Shown one piece after another: positions 40,150 through 53,565 of a stretch of DNA of 64,000 nt; positions within the stretch are counted from its first letter, which is position 1; each line of letters begins with the position of its first letter. The notes under the pieces are model-generated. The model worked only from the letters and a program-made list of their open reading frames with translations, did no database searches and had not been told where the DNA came from. The position numbers and the translations under genes are program-made. Origin of the DNA: the human T2T-CHM13v2.0 reference genome, Homo sapiens; assembly GCF_009914755.1 (NCBI RefSeq), contig NC_060930.1; one strand, 5' to 3'.

Positions 40150-40455
40150 CACTGTAACAAAATCTTAATTACCACATGGGCAAACAATGAGCAAAGCTAT
40201 AGATACACCAATTATACATGAGGAAATGAAAATAGCTAATGAACATGAAAAATAGTCAACACTCACCACTAGTCATCAGGAAAATGTTTTTTGTTGTTGT
40301 TTTTATTTTTATTGTTTTTGCCCTTCAAATTGAAGCAAAGAAGCAGAACAAAACAAACCATAATAAATAATTATTCTAAGCATTCAGTGGAATAATCTCT
40401 CACATATTATTGGTAGAAATAAAGGTAAGAATTTTTTGCAAAGTATTTTGGCATG
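40150..40455 (+). mobile_element. L1ME ORF2 3' fragment
   Basis: atgggcaaac...aatagctaatgaacatgaaaaatagtcaac...ctagtcatcagg. Confidence 0.55.
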
Positions 40456-40570
40456 TAGGCATACTCTGGTGCTAAACCTCATAATTTGAATTTGTAATTA
40501 CATTTGTTTCTAAAGTATTTTTCTTAAAAAGGAAAAAGATAAACATAACTACCTTTATGAGTGGACAGAT

Positions 40571-40571
<1 letters not shown>

Positions 40572-40623
<52 letters not shown>
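40572..40623. repeat. (AGAT)13 tetranucleotide STR
   Basis: Perfect run counted from the sequence. Confidence 0.95.
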
Positions 40624-42563
40624 GCAGATACACCCTTTTAGCATAATTTAATATATATTTATTTTCATGCTTTTAGTGGTGCCCCTTGCTCTGACCCAGT
40701 AAGAGTTAGCAAGACAGACATAACTATATGTTTTTGTCCAATGAACATTAGAATACCACAAACACTTTTGTCCACAATACTCTGCAATACTGTATCCTGA
40801 GCTGCATGTAATCTGAAATTTGTGATATCTGCTTCGTTATGGCCTTTCATTCTAATATTTACTTCCTTTTCTCCCATGTTGATTGATAAAACTGTAGAAA
40901 TAGGTAGTGCAAAGAAACAAAGAACATGTATAAATCTGTAAACCTTCATACTAATTAAGCTAGATATACAGCAACTCTGACATATTCTGAGAAATAAAAA
41001 AGGAGAAGATACAAATTAGTAAGCAATTAGGATTGGTGAGAACTTTGACATTTTGAAGCATATCATATAGTACATTTTGAACGCAGCCTGGGAAAACTGA
41101 CTGTTATATGAATGAAAATTGGGAGACAATGGTTTAAAGCAAGTAGAGTGGAAGATCAGTTGCCAACATAGGATACCAAAATATAATCTTTATGGGGTCT
41201 ATACTATAAGGATCCATATAGCTCTTATTCAGATTAAGTCCCATATTCAAAACACATTTCCTGAGCTACATTGAAACATTCAGGTATATTTCAAAGTCCT
41301 TTAAAATATATTAATTTCAAAACAGCTGTATTCACTCAAAGAAAGCTACCCTAGGAAAATAATCAAGATCTATTTGCAAGAATGCCCATCAAAACATGAT
41401 TCATAATAGCAATTAATTGTTTATAAAGCAGATAATTCCACAATATAGAGAGAATTGAATAAAATATGTACAAATGTTCAATTATTACAGTCTGTAATGT
41501 GATATTCAGGGAAAAATAACTTTATGAGGTAATATATACAGTGTATTATTGAGTAAAAGTCAAAGCAGGAAACATAAATTACAGTATTATTCCAATCTTA
41601 TCAGTATCTTATATATTTGTAAAATTACACTTTTTATGTTAGAGTAAAAACACAAAAACGTCTAGTGTTAACTCCCAGCAGATGAAATTATTTTGAATAT
41701 TATATATTAAATTTATTCTGAAATTGCATACATAGTATCATGATTATCTATTACCAATTTATTTAGAATAAAACAACAAAACCATTAGAAATATTTGATC
41801 ATTCAAGTGGTGAATTTAACAAAGGTTTTCTTTTGGTTATTCTGAAGTTTGTTTACATCAAGTGTAATGATATTCTAGATTATGTGCATTATGATATATT
41901 TAAAGACGTGTCAAACAGTGGTTGCTCAGTATCCAGACTTCAGGTCTTTAATTTACTATATTTGGCTAAGAATTTAATTTTAAATGTATTTTTGTGCATA
42001 CTCTATGTGCTGTACACTAAGCCACTACCACTGTTGGTGAATTTACTATATTTAATAATAACTGAAATGTAAAATTTACAGAATGATCACAAGCAAAACA
42101 AATATAATGTCAATCCTGATAGTACTATTTGCATTTTTAGAAAAATTTTAAGAGATTGTCTTAGAAAAAGATACACATTGAGAAATGCATATTTTTTAAG
42201 GAACTAAAAACTTTCAGCATTTCTTACTCCCAATTCAACAGAACTCCTACTACCATACACTTGCAAAGATTATTCAAAAACTTGAAGATAGTTTTGGACA
42301 AATACTTCATCCCTTTGTCTCTCAATTACATTTTGAAGATATTTGCCTATTTTACCTGAAAGTCTCTCCCTGATAGCTGAACTTATCATAAAAAGCAATG
42401 GCATTGTATTTATTTCTCCTTATCATCCTGTGAACTTAATATTTATTTCATCTTTTCATAAGATAGTAAATTTACCAGTGGTGGTTGATATAAATGTGAT
42501 GTGGCGGTGGTGATGGCTCTATATTTATAATAATATTTAAAATTAAAATGTTTTAAAAGAGTC

Positions 42564-42877
42564 GGCCGGGTGCAGTGGCTCACGCCTGTAATCCCCAGCA
42601 CTTTGGGAGGCCGAGGAAGGCGGATCACGAGGTCAGGAGATCGAGACCACCCTGGCTAACACGGTGAAACCCCGTCTCTACTAAAAATACAAAAAAAAAT
42701 TAGCCGGGCTTGGTAGCGGGCGCCTGTAGTCCCAGCTACTCAGGAGGCTGAGGCAGGAAAATGGTGTGAACCTGGGAGGCGGAGCTTGTAGTGAGCCAAG
42801 ATGGCACTACTGCACTCCGGCCTGGGCGACAGAGCAAGACTCCGTCCCCCAACCCCCCCAAAAAAAGAATAAAAAAA
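42564..42877 (+). mobile_element. AluY, full length
   Basis: ggatcacgaggtcaggagatcgagacc, ctaacacggtg, gcggagcttg; TSD taaaagagtc / taaaagtgtc. Confidence 0.95.
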
Positions 42878-43829
42878 TAAAAGTGTCAATGTTTTTAAAT
42901 AGGGAATTGTTACTAGTAATTATTTTTCTAATTTCAAATGCAGGTACAAAACAGGTATTTTTTCCATCATACTTGACTAATGCTAAATAATCAATGCCTT
43001 ATCTTTACCTTTTCACTCTTTCCCCAAATAAATAACTCTATCAACCAATTTCATTGTATTCTATAGGCAATCTCAACAGAGCTAAGTTTTCTGCCAATCA
43101 ATTTGCTTCTTCTTACTTACTATTCAGTGACCCTTTTCCCCATCTTTTACTACCTCCCACTATTCACACTTCAGGATAGAAAATAATATCTGTACAATTT
43201 TATGTCATTTCACATGGCAGAGACTGTTCCTTAAATTGCTCTAAGCAACAATAGCAATAGCAACAATAAAAACCACTAAATAATTGCAAATTACATACAA
43301 ACTGTAATAAGTGCAATTAAACCCAATTCACTATGACCATTAGGTCACTCTTCTTTCAGTAAGTAACATTAAGGCCAGAGGGATGACTGGAATTCATTTA
43401 ACTTAATCAAGGAGGGCTAACATAGATCACTTTTAGAAAATTCGTTTACCAGAGTCTCAAATGGTGCTGGTAAAGCAAAGGCCTACCCCATGCCCTTATC
43501 CTGAATATTCACACAGAATATAAAGAACTCAAATTGCTTTCCCTAAGAGGTTGGCAAATACCAAGGCTCTTGCTGTATATTTTCCTCCATTATTCTGGAA
43601 TAATTCATAGTTGGTAGTATCACAGATATGCATTAGAATAAAATTATTCTTTTTCTCTTTGTTTCATAAATAAAACACATTTAATCAGTAACTCCTGCAA
43701 AAGAGAACTGCCACCTTTTAAAATAGTGCATTACTCACTAAGTTTAATGAGATTTAGTGTGAAGTATATTAACTGAATGCTTTCCAAAGCCAGGTATATA
43801 AGGATATATAATAACTTTTACCTGCAAAT

Positions 43830-44050
43830 AACTAATGTTTATGATATTTGTTATGTATTGGGCATTATTTGAACTGTATTATATGCATTAATTTGTTTAA
43901 TCTTCCCAAAAAGTAAGTAATATTATCTCTATTTTATACACCAAAAGTCTAAAACCAAGAAATTAAGGAATTCAAGGTCACAAAGTTACTAAATAGCACA
44001 GATGGGTTTCAAATCTAGATATCTGATAAAGGTATTTTATCTTTCCTATC
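43830..44050 (-). mobile_element. MIR
   Basis: tttaatcttcc...attatctctatttta...caaggtcacaaag...gggtttcaaatctag. Confidence 0.65.
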
Positions 44051-44087
44051 AAGCATTATTAAGTGTATATGTGTGTTTGTGTGGAAA

Positions 44088-45701
44088 TGTCACGGGATCC
44101 TTAGGGTGTTGCTACGCCAGCCAGAAACCTCTGTGGCCAGCAATACCTCTGTTTGAATTTTGTTCGTGCCCACTGGGCTCGTCCCGCCCACTTGGTCCAG
44201 CAGGCTGTGATCAGCTCACATTACTACCCTGGATCCCACACCTGCCAAGGGCAAGCCAGGCGTGGAACAGCGAGGGGTGTGTGAGCGACTGAGCACAGGG
44301 GTCCAGATACTGCATACAGCCAGGCACACTGGCTGCTGTGGTGAGACAGGTAGCTCCAGGCACTGGCACAGGTGTCAGCTTTGTGCAAGGCTGTGGCTGG
44401 AACAGATGTACGCAAGCAACTTCCACTTCGGACACCAGCCTTTAGATGAGGAGAATGTGTTGGTGCCCGAAATCTCAGAGACACCAGGAGCCACATAGCC
44501 CCAAAGAGGGTGTTACAGCATGTCACAGCCCTGGTTCAGGGAGCCCTGAGGTCTGGGCTCCCAGAGAGGCCACAGTTCTTCTCTCCTCATTGCCCATAGG
44601 GCAGCAAGTGGAGGGGTGTGTTTGAGGGCAGGGGGTGTTTCAGCCCATTTGAGTTACAGCTTTCTCAATCCCAACACCCAACTCTGGCTGGAAGCTCCTT
44701 GGCTGGTCCAGCCCTGCTGCTGCTTCCTATTGCATTGGGCAGCCACCCAACACTGCTGGCAGAGGGCAGGAGGGCTATAGTGTTATAGCAGCTCTGGCTG
44801 GAGGAATCCCGAGGTCTGGACCCCCAGGATCACCACTCTTCACTCCTAAAGTCTGGGAGCATGTCACTGGCCACAGCTTAGCAAGCAGGCCAGGAACGTG
44901 TTACAGCTTCTTTTGCTCCCACCATTCAGAAGGTCCTGAGTTCTGGTCCCACATCCAGGAAGAATGAGGTTATGCAGACAAGTGGAGGGTGAGGAAGGCG
45001 GAGAGGAGCTTTATTGAGTGACAGAACAGTTCTCACGAGACCCAAAGTGAGTAGTTTCTTTCCGCAGGTAGGCCGTCCCAACAAGTGTCTGAGTCTGGCT
45101 AACTCTAGGGTTTTTATATGCACAGAATGGAGAAAGTGTATGCTAACTGGTACACACGCAGCCATGGGCAGGCCTGCAGTGCCCAGGCTGTATGTGCTGA
45201 AGGGTGCGCCCACAGGCCTGTGCCAAGCTGTCCTCAGCCCCTCCGCCATCCCTCCTGCACTCATTGGCACCCAAAGTCCAGACGGGGGTGAGTCAGTGGG
45301 GATCTGGTGTGTCAGCACCACCCCAAGAGTGTGCATACCTGACCAGGTTGCGACAGTGTCCAGACTTGGCCACAACTTTGCTCCGCACTGGAGCAGGCAC
45401 TGGAAGCAGGGAGAGGCCAGTGAACAGGAGCAGGCACTGCTGAGCCTTCAGGGGCAGGGGGGCTCCTGGGGCCCCAAGAGTGCAGGGATGTCTGGGTCTG
45501 CAGTCATGGTTGGGTGGCTGCAGCTGGGCCCATGACCATGGGCTCCAACCCTGCCAACTCAATAGGGCGTGGGGCTGTCGCTGGGGATCACCTGTTCCCA
45601 GCCCCTGCAGGCTCTGCAGAGCATGCAGCCCCAGCCAGACCTCTCCCACTACAGCTGTTGTCATTTCAGCGGTTGCTCCAGATTGGCTGCCACCACCATC
45701 A
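44088..45701 (-). mobile_element. MER52-family ERV1 solo LTR (GC-rich, ~1.6 kb)
   Basis: Minus strand begins tgatggtggtggcagccaatctggagc and ends ggatcccgtgaca; explains the ORF cluster at 44-45.8 kb. Confidence 0.88.
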
Positions 45702-45924
45702 CAAGTGTGTATTTGGGAGAGGGACGGCATTGTCTACACTAATATATTCACAAGAGGAGTTTTATGGTAAAAAAAAAAGAAAAAAAAATCAAACAAAAGG
45801 GAAACAAACAAAAAAATCCAAGATAGATTTTTTTCAATAACATACCTTTACATTGTAAATAAAATCACAGAAATTAGTAATAATGATGTTTTGAGGTAAC
45901 TATAAATTATTTTTACCAAATAAC

Positions 45925-46062
45925 AATAGCTAAAATACCAACATAGTATAATATTTACTATGTCCCAGACACTAAGTGCTTTATCTGATTATCTCATCTC
46001 ACAAACACCCTATAATGTGAGAACTGTAATTACTCCTACAGAAAAGAAAATGAAGACTCAGG
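45925..46062 (-). mobile_element. MIR fragment
   Basis: ttactatgtcccagacactaagtgcttta...aatgaagactcag. Confidence 0.6.
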
Positions 46063-46241
46063 GATACACTAGATTTTCTACCTACCCCTACTATGTGACT
46101 TATGCCATGCAAACATTTATTTAAAAGAACATTTTTTAAAAATACGTAAAAGTAAACTGTGATAGAGCACATTTAGAAAGAAGAAATGATGGTGCCAAGA
46201 ACTGGAGATGGAATCTAAATTCCATTTAACACTCCTTAACC

Positions 46242-46632
46242 CTCTTAGTTAGCTCAACCTGCCGTAACAAAATAACCATAGGCTGGATGGCTTATTGTAG
46301 AAAAGTCCTCATAGTTCTGGAGGATAGAGGCCCCACATCAAGGTGTCGGCCAGGATGGCTCCCGGTGAGGCCACTCTTGCTGGCTTATAACTAGCTGCCA
46401 TCTAGCTATGCCCTCACATGGCCTTTCTTCTGTGTGCACTTGGAGAGACAGAGAGCTCCATGACTCTTTCTTGTCTCATAGAGAGCAGATCTGTGAGATT
46501 AGCAACCACTTATATGACCTCATTTAACTTAATTAACTCCCTAAAAACTCAGTTTTCAAATATAGTCACATTTTGGGTTACAGCTTCAACCTACAAATTT
46601 GGGGGAATGAAGGCACAATTCAGTCCATATCA
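46242..46632 (-). mobile_element. MLT1A-type MaLR solo LTR
   Basis: ctcatagttctggagg...atgacctcatttaacttaatta...acaattcagtccatatca. Confidence 0.85.
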
Positions 46633-47489
46633 CTCTCCAAGTACCTAAGGTTTGTGAAAAATAGGAGGGGATGTGTTGAGCTTTTGACTTGTAAAGAAAC
46701 CCTGTAAGCTCCTCTAAGGAAATAGACATTTATATAGGTGTTTTTAAAGTATATATAATGTAGAATTTCATTGAATAACACAATGGACTGTTCCTTTGTA
46801 GATTTGGTAAAAATACAGATATGTTCCTCACAGAGTAATTTCTTACTCTGTCCATCAGGAAGTTATAATTTTAGGAAGCTAAGCAATTTTGATTCAGGTA
46901 TGGGAGGATCTATAACTTCCGTATCAAATCTTGAGAGTTATAAGAAATACATTTTTACTTGTACTACAAAATAGGATGTACAAAATGAAGTCAAATTTCA
47001 TTAAGTACCATTACGGATAAATGATTATGTTATTTTGTGGCACTAGAGGAAAACTAAGAATAATAATTCAAAATATTAATGCTATGCCATTAGCTATGTT
47101 TTTAACAGTGTTTTAATTTTTTCTTCTTGAATCTCATATCATGCTTCTGAGAAAGCCAAAATCAGAATATTATAATTATCATATCATTTATCACTGAGAA
47201 TCTGAAGAGCAGAAGTTAATATTATAACAGAAGTCATTATTTCCTGAAAGATTATTATTTTTTCTATATTAATTTACAAAACATAATACCTGTTGTGCAT
47301 CAAACATTGTCTGACACAATATTTTGTCTAACTGATTTAGCAAATGTTAACCAACTATTAACCACCAGTCACGTACAGTCACATGTGTATTATCTCCTGT
47401 AATGTATTTGACTTTTGTTGAATAAAGTGATGGGGTTTTTCCTCTAATATTTGCATCATGGAGAAAAAATTAAAAACAATGGAAGAAAC

Positions 47490-47725
47490 CACCAATATTT
47501 ATTAAGCATATATTTTGAGCCAGATACAATAATTTTATATTTATAGCATCTCAATTCATCTTGGCTAAAAAAATTCTATAACATAGATTACATTATTATC
47601 CCCATTTTACAGATGCAAAATCATGCCTTAGAGAAATTGAATAACTTGCCTTGAAACCCCATTCGTAAGGATTTGAACAAGAGCATTTTTATTCAGGAAT
47701 CCAAGTTCTTAACCATTATACATTA
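47490..47725 (-). mobile_element. MIR
   Basis: attattatccccattttacagatg...taacttgcc...ggatttgaac...tcttaaccattat. Confidence 0.75.
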
Positions 47726-48023
47726 CAATGCCTGAAGCTTTAAAAATTATATTAATGAGATTACTCATAGTCATAGTTACTTTTTTCTGAGTTACTTTTT
47801 TGACATTTGAAAAATGTCAAAAATTATTATGTGTTGAATTTTGATTCGTTTATAGACTGTTTTAATGGAGCCTGGGATAACCATTTTTTATGGAGCTTGG
47901 GATCACAAGGCTATATAATGGGTGGTCAACAACTACTTAATTTGCATACAAATTTTAAAGCACTACCACAATGCCTTCCTCACAATACATACTTCATCAA
48001 TGTTCAATGGTGGCAGCGATGCT

Positions 48024-48048
48024 GATGATGATGATGATGATGATGATG
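48024..48048. repeat. (GAT)8 microsatellite
   Basis: Read directly from the sequence. Confidence 0.9.
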
Positions 48049-48699
48049 TGACAAGTAGCTAGTGCTGGCCACATGGTCTGATGAACGTAGAAACATCTGC
48101 CAAGAACCTACCCTAAATCTATGTTTCCGATTGGAGGGTCTCAACTAGTCTCCTTAATTTTCTTCAAAACTTTCCATGAAAAGATATTTGTCTAATTTAA
48201 ACAATATAACTAACAATTCTGCAAAGTTTAAGATCTACGGTTACATTTTTGATTCCCTAGAAGCCACTTTAAATATTCAAGTCACTCTCATCACTATAAA
48301 TGAATGAGAAAAAAATACAACTCAAATGATAGAAGTAAGGAAGAAATCATCCTACTGACCAATCACTGTCACAAGGCAACAGTGTATCACTATATGTAGA
48401 ATTTGTTTTGGATATAATTTGAAAGTTTCAAACTTTATTTTTGCTTTGTTGTCTTTATGGATTAAAGGCTATCATACTCAGATTTGTAGCTGCATTTAGA
48501 AAGAATGGAGACTAAAAAAGGATATGATCAATTTAACTAAAAATGGTACTATCCTTTGAGGTTTAATTGTGCAAGTCTTAGGAATTCATGCTTAATCTTT
48601 CCAGTGTTAGCTGGAAATCAAAATGAGCAATGTCAACTACAAAAACATGACTTAGTAATTCAGAATAAAGCCAGCTATATGTTCTTCATTGATACCAAG

Positions 48700-49520
48700 A
48701 TGTCACCCTTGATGTTGGAGACACAGGAATGAAAAACATATAAAAGTTCTCTGCTGCTTGTATTCTAGTGAGGGAGATAGACATTAAACATAAGTAACCT
48801 CGAATAGTGATATATGCCATGAACAAAACAAACAGGTTACTATTGTAAAAACTGGTGAGGGAGAAGGTTCCATTGATTCAATAATCAGGTATCTCTTTAA
48901 AATGGATAGGTATCTCTTCAAAATGGATATTTCAGATAAGATCTAAATTAAAAGAAAAATGGGCACGTTATTATGAGTTGAGCATTTCAGGCAGGAGAAA
49001 ATGCCTGAGAGTGAAGTGATCATAGCATGGTTGAGAAATAGATAAAATCTAAAGTGGCTGGAACAGAGACGAGAGAAGTGGTATGGGATGAGTTTAAAGA
49101 CATAAACAATGGCCAGATCAACATGCAATGTGAAGACATGGTAGCATTTTATAAAAGATAGATGTAATTTAATCTATCACTGAGAAAAAAATGTTTTGAC
49201 ACCTGTGATGGAAACAATGGCCTGGTAGAGATTCCAGAGTACAAACAGTGAGCTTTAGGCCTGCTCTGTACAATATATATGAAGTCATTCAAATTTAAAT
49301 TTAAGTACATTAAAATCAAATCAAATTTGAAATTCAAAATCTCAGGCACATTAATCACATTTCAAGTTCTCAATGACCATGTGTGGCTAGCGGAATAACG
49401 AAGATAAGTAATGTTTTCATCATTGTTGCCATTCTTTGTAGACAATACATAATAGTGTTGGCAGTGAAAATGGACAATGATTGATGAATTTGCAATACGA
49501 TTTGAAGACAGAGTTCAAAT
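48700..49520 (-). mobile_element. L2 fragment interrupted by MER3
   Basis: tattctagtgagggagatagaca...gagcatttcaggcagg...gtggctggaacag...ggccagatca. Confidence 0.65.
49258..49450. mobile_element. MER3-type hAT MITE
   Basis: ctgtacaata...cacatttcaagttctcaat...atgtgtggctag...gacaatac. Confidence 0.7.
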
Positions 49521-50224
49521 ATGTCTATGTACACACCCATTGTTAAAATTAAATGTAGATAGAAATTTTCTTACATGGTAATATTTGGTAATGTCCAAAA
49601 GTCAATCGTGAAGAAGAAAAATACAATTGTATACGTGACTCAAGAATAAACATCATTCAAGTTATCAGGAGTAGAAAGGTATCAATGTAAAATTACTAAA
49701 GATTTAAGGTCTAAAGATATTTGAAAGCCAATAGACTTTGAGTGATTTGCCCAAGCATTACATTATCAAGCACAGAAATTGAGAGTAGAAAAGGAGGCCC
49801 TCCTAGGCTTTGTTCAATTCTGTCTCCGTAATATACTTCCAGCTCTATTAGTTATGTAATCTGGTTTTCAATCGCCAGCCTACTCTCCTCAAAGATACAA
49901 ATAACTGTGTCACCAGCACTATCTCAATATTTAGCATCTGATTAATGCCCACAAAATAGTTTCATGAATATTTGGATTCCAATGATAGAAAAAAGAAAGA
50001 AGAATCAACTAAAAGGTTATTTTAAAAAACTATGTGTTTGCGTAAAGTTTATAATGGGTGGCAAGAGATGGGTGGTCAATAAAATTAAATCAGTTTACAC
50101 ATATAACATCTATTTTTGCTTCTTTCACTGAAAAATATGGAGTATATAACATGCATAAGTAAAATATATGACAATATCACAAGATCTGGAAAGAAATGAA
50201 AATATGCTATTGTTAATATCTGTT

Positions 50225-51560
50225 TTTAGAACAGTTTTATTAAGATATAATTTGCATCCCATGCAATTCACCCATTTAAAATGTACAATTCCATTGTTTT
50301 GAGGAAATTTATAGAGTTATGCAAACATCACCACAGTCAATTTTAGAGCATGTGTATCACCACAAAAAGAAGTCCCATATCCATGAATGGTCACTCTCCA
50401 TTCCCCCTCTCCTTACTCCCTGGACAAACACTAATGTACTTTCTGTCTCTATATATTTGCCTTTTATAAATAGTTCATATAAATGGGATCATATAATGAC
50501 TAATCTTTTGTTAAGTAATTTATTTCACTAAGCATAATGTTTTCAAGAGCCACCCATGTTGTACCAGGTATCAGTACTACATTGCTTTTATTGCTGAACA
50601 ATACACTTTTCCTCTCTTATCCAAGATTTTGCTTCTTATGGTTTCAGTTGCCTAATGTCAACCTCAGTATGAAAATATTAAAATGAAAATTCCAAAAATA
50701 AAGAAATTCATAAGTTTTAAATTGTGTACACTTCTGAGTGGCATGAGGAAATATCACACCATCACACTCCATTCTGCCATGAACATGAATCATCCTTTCA
50801 TCCAGCATATCCATGCCATAGACACTCCTTGCCCATTAGTCACTTAGCAGCTGTCTCACCAGGTCAACTGTCTGTCATGGTATTGCAGTGCTTGTGTTCA
50901 ACTATCTCTTATTTTACTCAAGAATGACCCTAGAGTGCAAGAGTAGTGATGCAGATATATTGCTACAATTGTTCTACTTTATTACTAGTTACTGTTGTTA
51001 CTGCTTACCTTGCCTAATTAATAAACTGTATTATAGGTAGATATGTATAGGAAAAATCGTATTACATATTGAGTTCAGTGCTATTTGGAGTTTCGGGTAT
51101 CCAGTGGGAGTGTTAGAAGCTATCCCCCACAGACAAGGGGGCACTACTATAGTCCATTATATGGACATACTATATTTTATTTATCCATCCATCAGTTGAC
51201 AGACATTTGAATTATTCTATTTTTTAACTTTTTTGAAAGATGCTGCTAAGAACATATGTGTATAAGTTTTTGTGGACATGTTTGCATATTTCTTTCGGGT
51301 ATATACTTATAAGTGGAACTGCAGAATCAAATGGAAACTCTCTTTAACCTTCTGAAGAACTGCCAGACTGTTTCCCAAAGTGGCTGCCCATTTTGCATTT
51401 TCACCAGTGATGCATGCAGGTTTCCATTTCTGCACATTCTCATCTTGTTGATTATAGCCATCCTAGTGGATGTGGGAAGTTGTGTAACATTGTGCTTCTG
51501 ATTGTGGATTTAATTTCTTAATGACTAATGATGCTGAGCACCTTTTCATGTATTGATTAC
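50225..51560 (-). mobile_element. L1MB 3' region, split by MER44B
   Basis: caattcacccatttaaaatgtacaatt...gaactgccagactgtttcccaaagtggctg...aatgatgctgagca. Confidence 0.85.
50604..51149 (+). mobile_element. MER44B (Tigger7-derived MITE)
   Basis: Degenerate TIRs, TA on both sides; aattcataagttttaaattg, cccattagtcacttag. Confidence 0.88.
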
Positions 51561-52252
51561 CTAGTTTTCCTCCAACATTAATGAAAATCCATCCTCTTGG
51601 TTGCCATTTGATGTGACCACAACCAGCACTATCCTTTTATCAATTATATATTCTGTACCTATCTTAACTGTGAATAAAGTTTGAAAAGGTAACAGTGAAA
51701 GACAATGCACAGAATTATCCATTGTTAGCTTGTGTTCTGAGGCACGTGTACCAATAAAAATGTTCTCCACATGAAAGCTATCACTTTGGGTCTAAAACAC
51801 AGAAGCAACTTCGTATCAAGATGCACACTAGCCTGGTCACGAGTACCAGAGATCTATACTCTGCAAATGCCAGTTATTCTGAAAAGATGTAACCCTAGGA
51901 AGACTTTTATTATAATTCATTGGAAAATACCTGGGCTTCATAGTATGGGTAGTATACAGAAAAGGAAATGCAACCATTGAGTGATTTTATGATGACTTGG
52001 TGCTGATATTCCAAAGAGGACTACATGCTTGAAACCTGACCCAAGTGCATACCCGAAAACCACTCAAATCAAAGCAAGTAGGGCACACAAAAGAAAATGA
52101 ACTCATCACTAAATGGTGCAGCACAGAAACATACAGTAGCTGAGGAAAGTTAGGGTCAGGACAGTTAATGCAACAATAGCAGTCAAGCCTAGTGCTTTTC
52201 TGTGGTCAGTGCAGCAATGAGACAGAGAGAATGCAGAAAAAACCCAGGGATA

Positions 52253-53565
52253 TAAAAGGTATTCAAAATATTCATGCAAGATATTTATATGAAAAAATGA
52301 TTCATAAATTTCAAAATATTTTTGCACCAAAATAAACCCATATAAACTTATAAATTGTCTGAATAGGATCTAGTTTGAGGCCCTAAAAAGGGTAAGACAT
52401 CACTTTGAAAAGAGCCACTATCAGAGCAACATGAATTCTGCTAAAATTGAAGGAAGAACAAACCTCAAATTTATGGTAAAGCCTGGATGGAGGAATAGTG
52501 AAATCACTGATGCTTTATGAAAAGTTTAAGGAGACAATGCCCCAAACAAATCAGCAGTTTACTAATGGATAAATCATTTTAAGAAGAGGCAAGATGCTGT
52601 TGAAGGTGAAATCCATGATGGCAGACCATTCACATCAATTTGTGAGAAAAAAAATAATCTTTTTCACGCCCTAAATGAAGAGGGCTAATAATTAACAGCA
52701 AAAATTATAGCCAACACCATAGACATCTCAACTGGTTCAGCTTACACAATTCTGACTGAAAAATTAAAGTTAAGCAAACATTCTATTCCATGCATGCCAA
52801 ACCAGTGTGCTCAGATCAGCTGCAGACAAGAGAAGAGCTTTTAATGAAAATTGTAAACAAGTGGAATCAAGGTCCTGAAACATTTCTTGGAAGAATTGTA
52901 ACAGGAGATGAAACATGGCTTTACCAGTATGATCCTGAAGAAAAAGCACAATCAAAGCAATGACTACCAAGAGTAGAAAGTGGTCCAGTTAAAGCAAAAG
53001 TGGACCAGTCAAGAATAAAGGTCATGACAACAGTTTTTCGTTGTATTCAAGGGATTTTGATCTGGGCACACTGGTTTGGCATTCCGGAGGACCAAAGAAT
53101 TATAACATCTGTTTATTATGAGAATGTTTAGAGAAAGTTAGCGAAAGCTTTTGCAGAATAACACCTGGAAAACCTTCACCAAAATGTCTGTCTTCACCAC
53201 AACAATGCTGCTGTTCATTCCTTGCATCAAGCAAGAACAATTTTTGGAGAGTTTCAATGGGAAATCATTAGGCATTCACCCTTTGGTCCTGATTTGGCTC
53301 CTTCTGACTTTTTGTTTCCTAATCTTTAAAAGTCTGTAAATGGTGCCATGTTTCTTCTTTTATATCATGTTAATAATATAAAAAAATGCATTTCATGATT
53401 AAATTCCCAGGATCCTCAGTTCTTTAGGGAAGAACTAAATGTCTGATATCATTACTTACAAAAATCTCTTGAACTTGATGAAGCTTATATGGAGAAATAA
53501 AATGAATATTATTTTATTTTTATCCTTTAATTTCATGTTTCCATGAACTTTCTGAAGTCCCCTTG
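52253..53565 (+). mobile_element. HSMAR2 mariner, near full length (~1.3 kb)
   Basis: TIRs taaaaggtattcaaaatattcatgcaa / ttccatgaactttctgaagtccccttg; internal transposase remnant. Confidence 0.92.
52431..53500 (+). pseudogene. Decayed HSMAR2 transposase
   Basis: MNSAKIEGRTNLKFM start, then an early stop; IVTGDETWLYQYDPE, HHNNA (D to N), PDLAPSDF motifs; frameshifts. Confidence 0.88.

Noticed and set aside
44002-45840. Cluster of long overlapping ORFs (up to 173 aa)
   Set aside because: All lie essentially within the GC-rich MER52 LTR, on both strands, with no recognisable domain; explained by low stop-codon density
51560-51632. Minus-strand frame ...WIFINVGGKL resembling a BTB/T1 NVGG motif, next to a gtaat donor
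   Set aside because: Purine-rich acceptor, donor at an L1 boundary and no further domain similarity; likely chance
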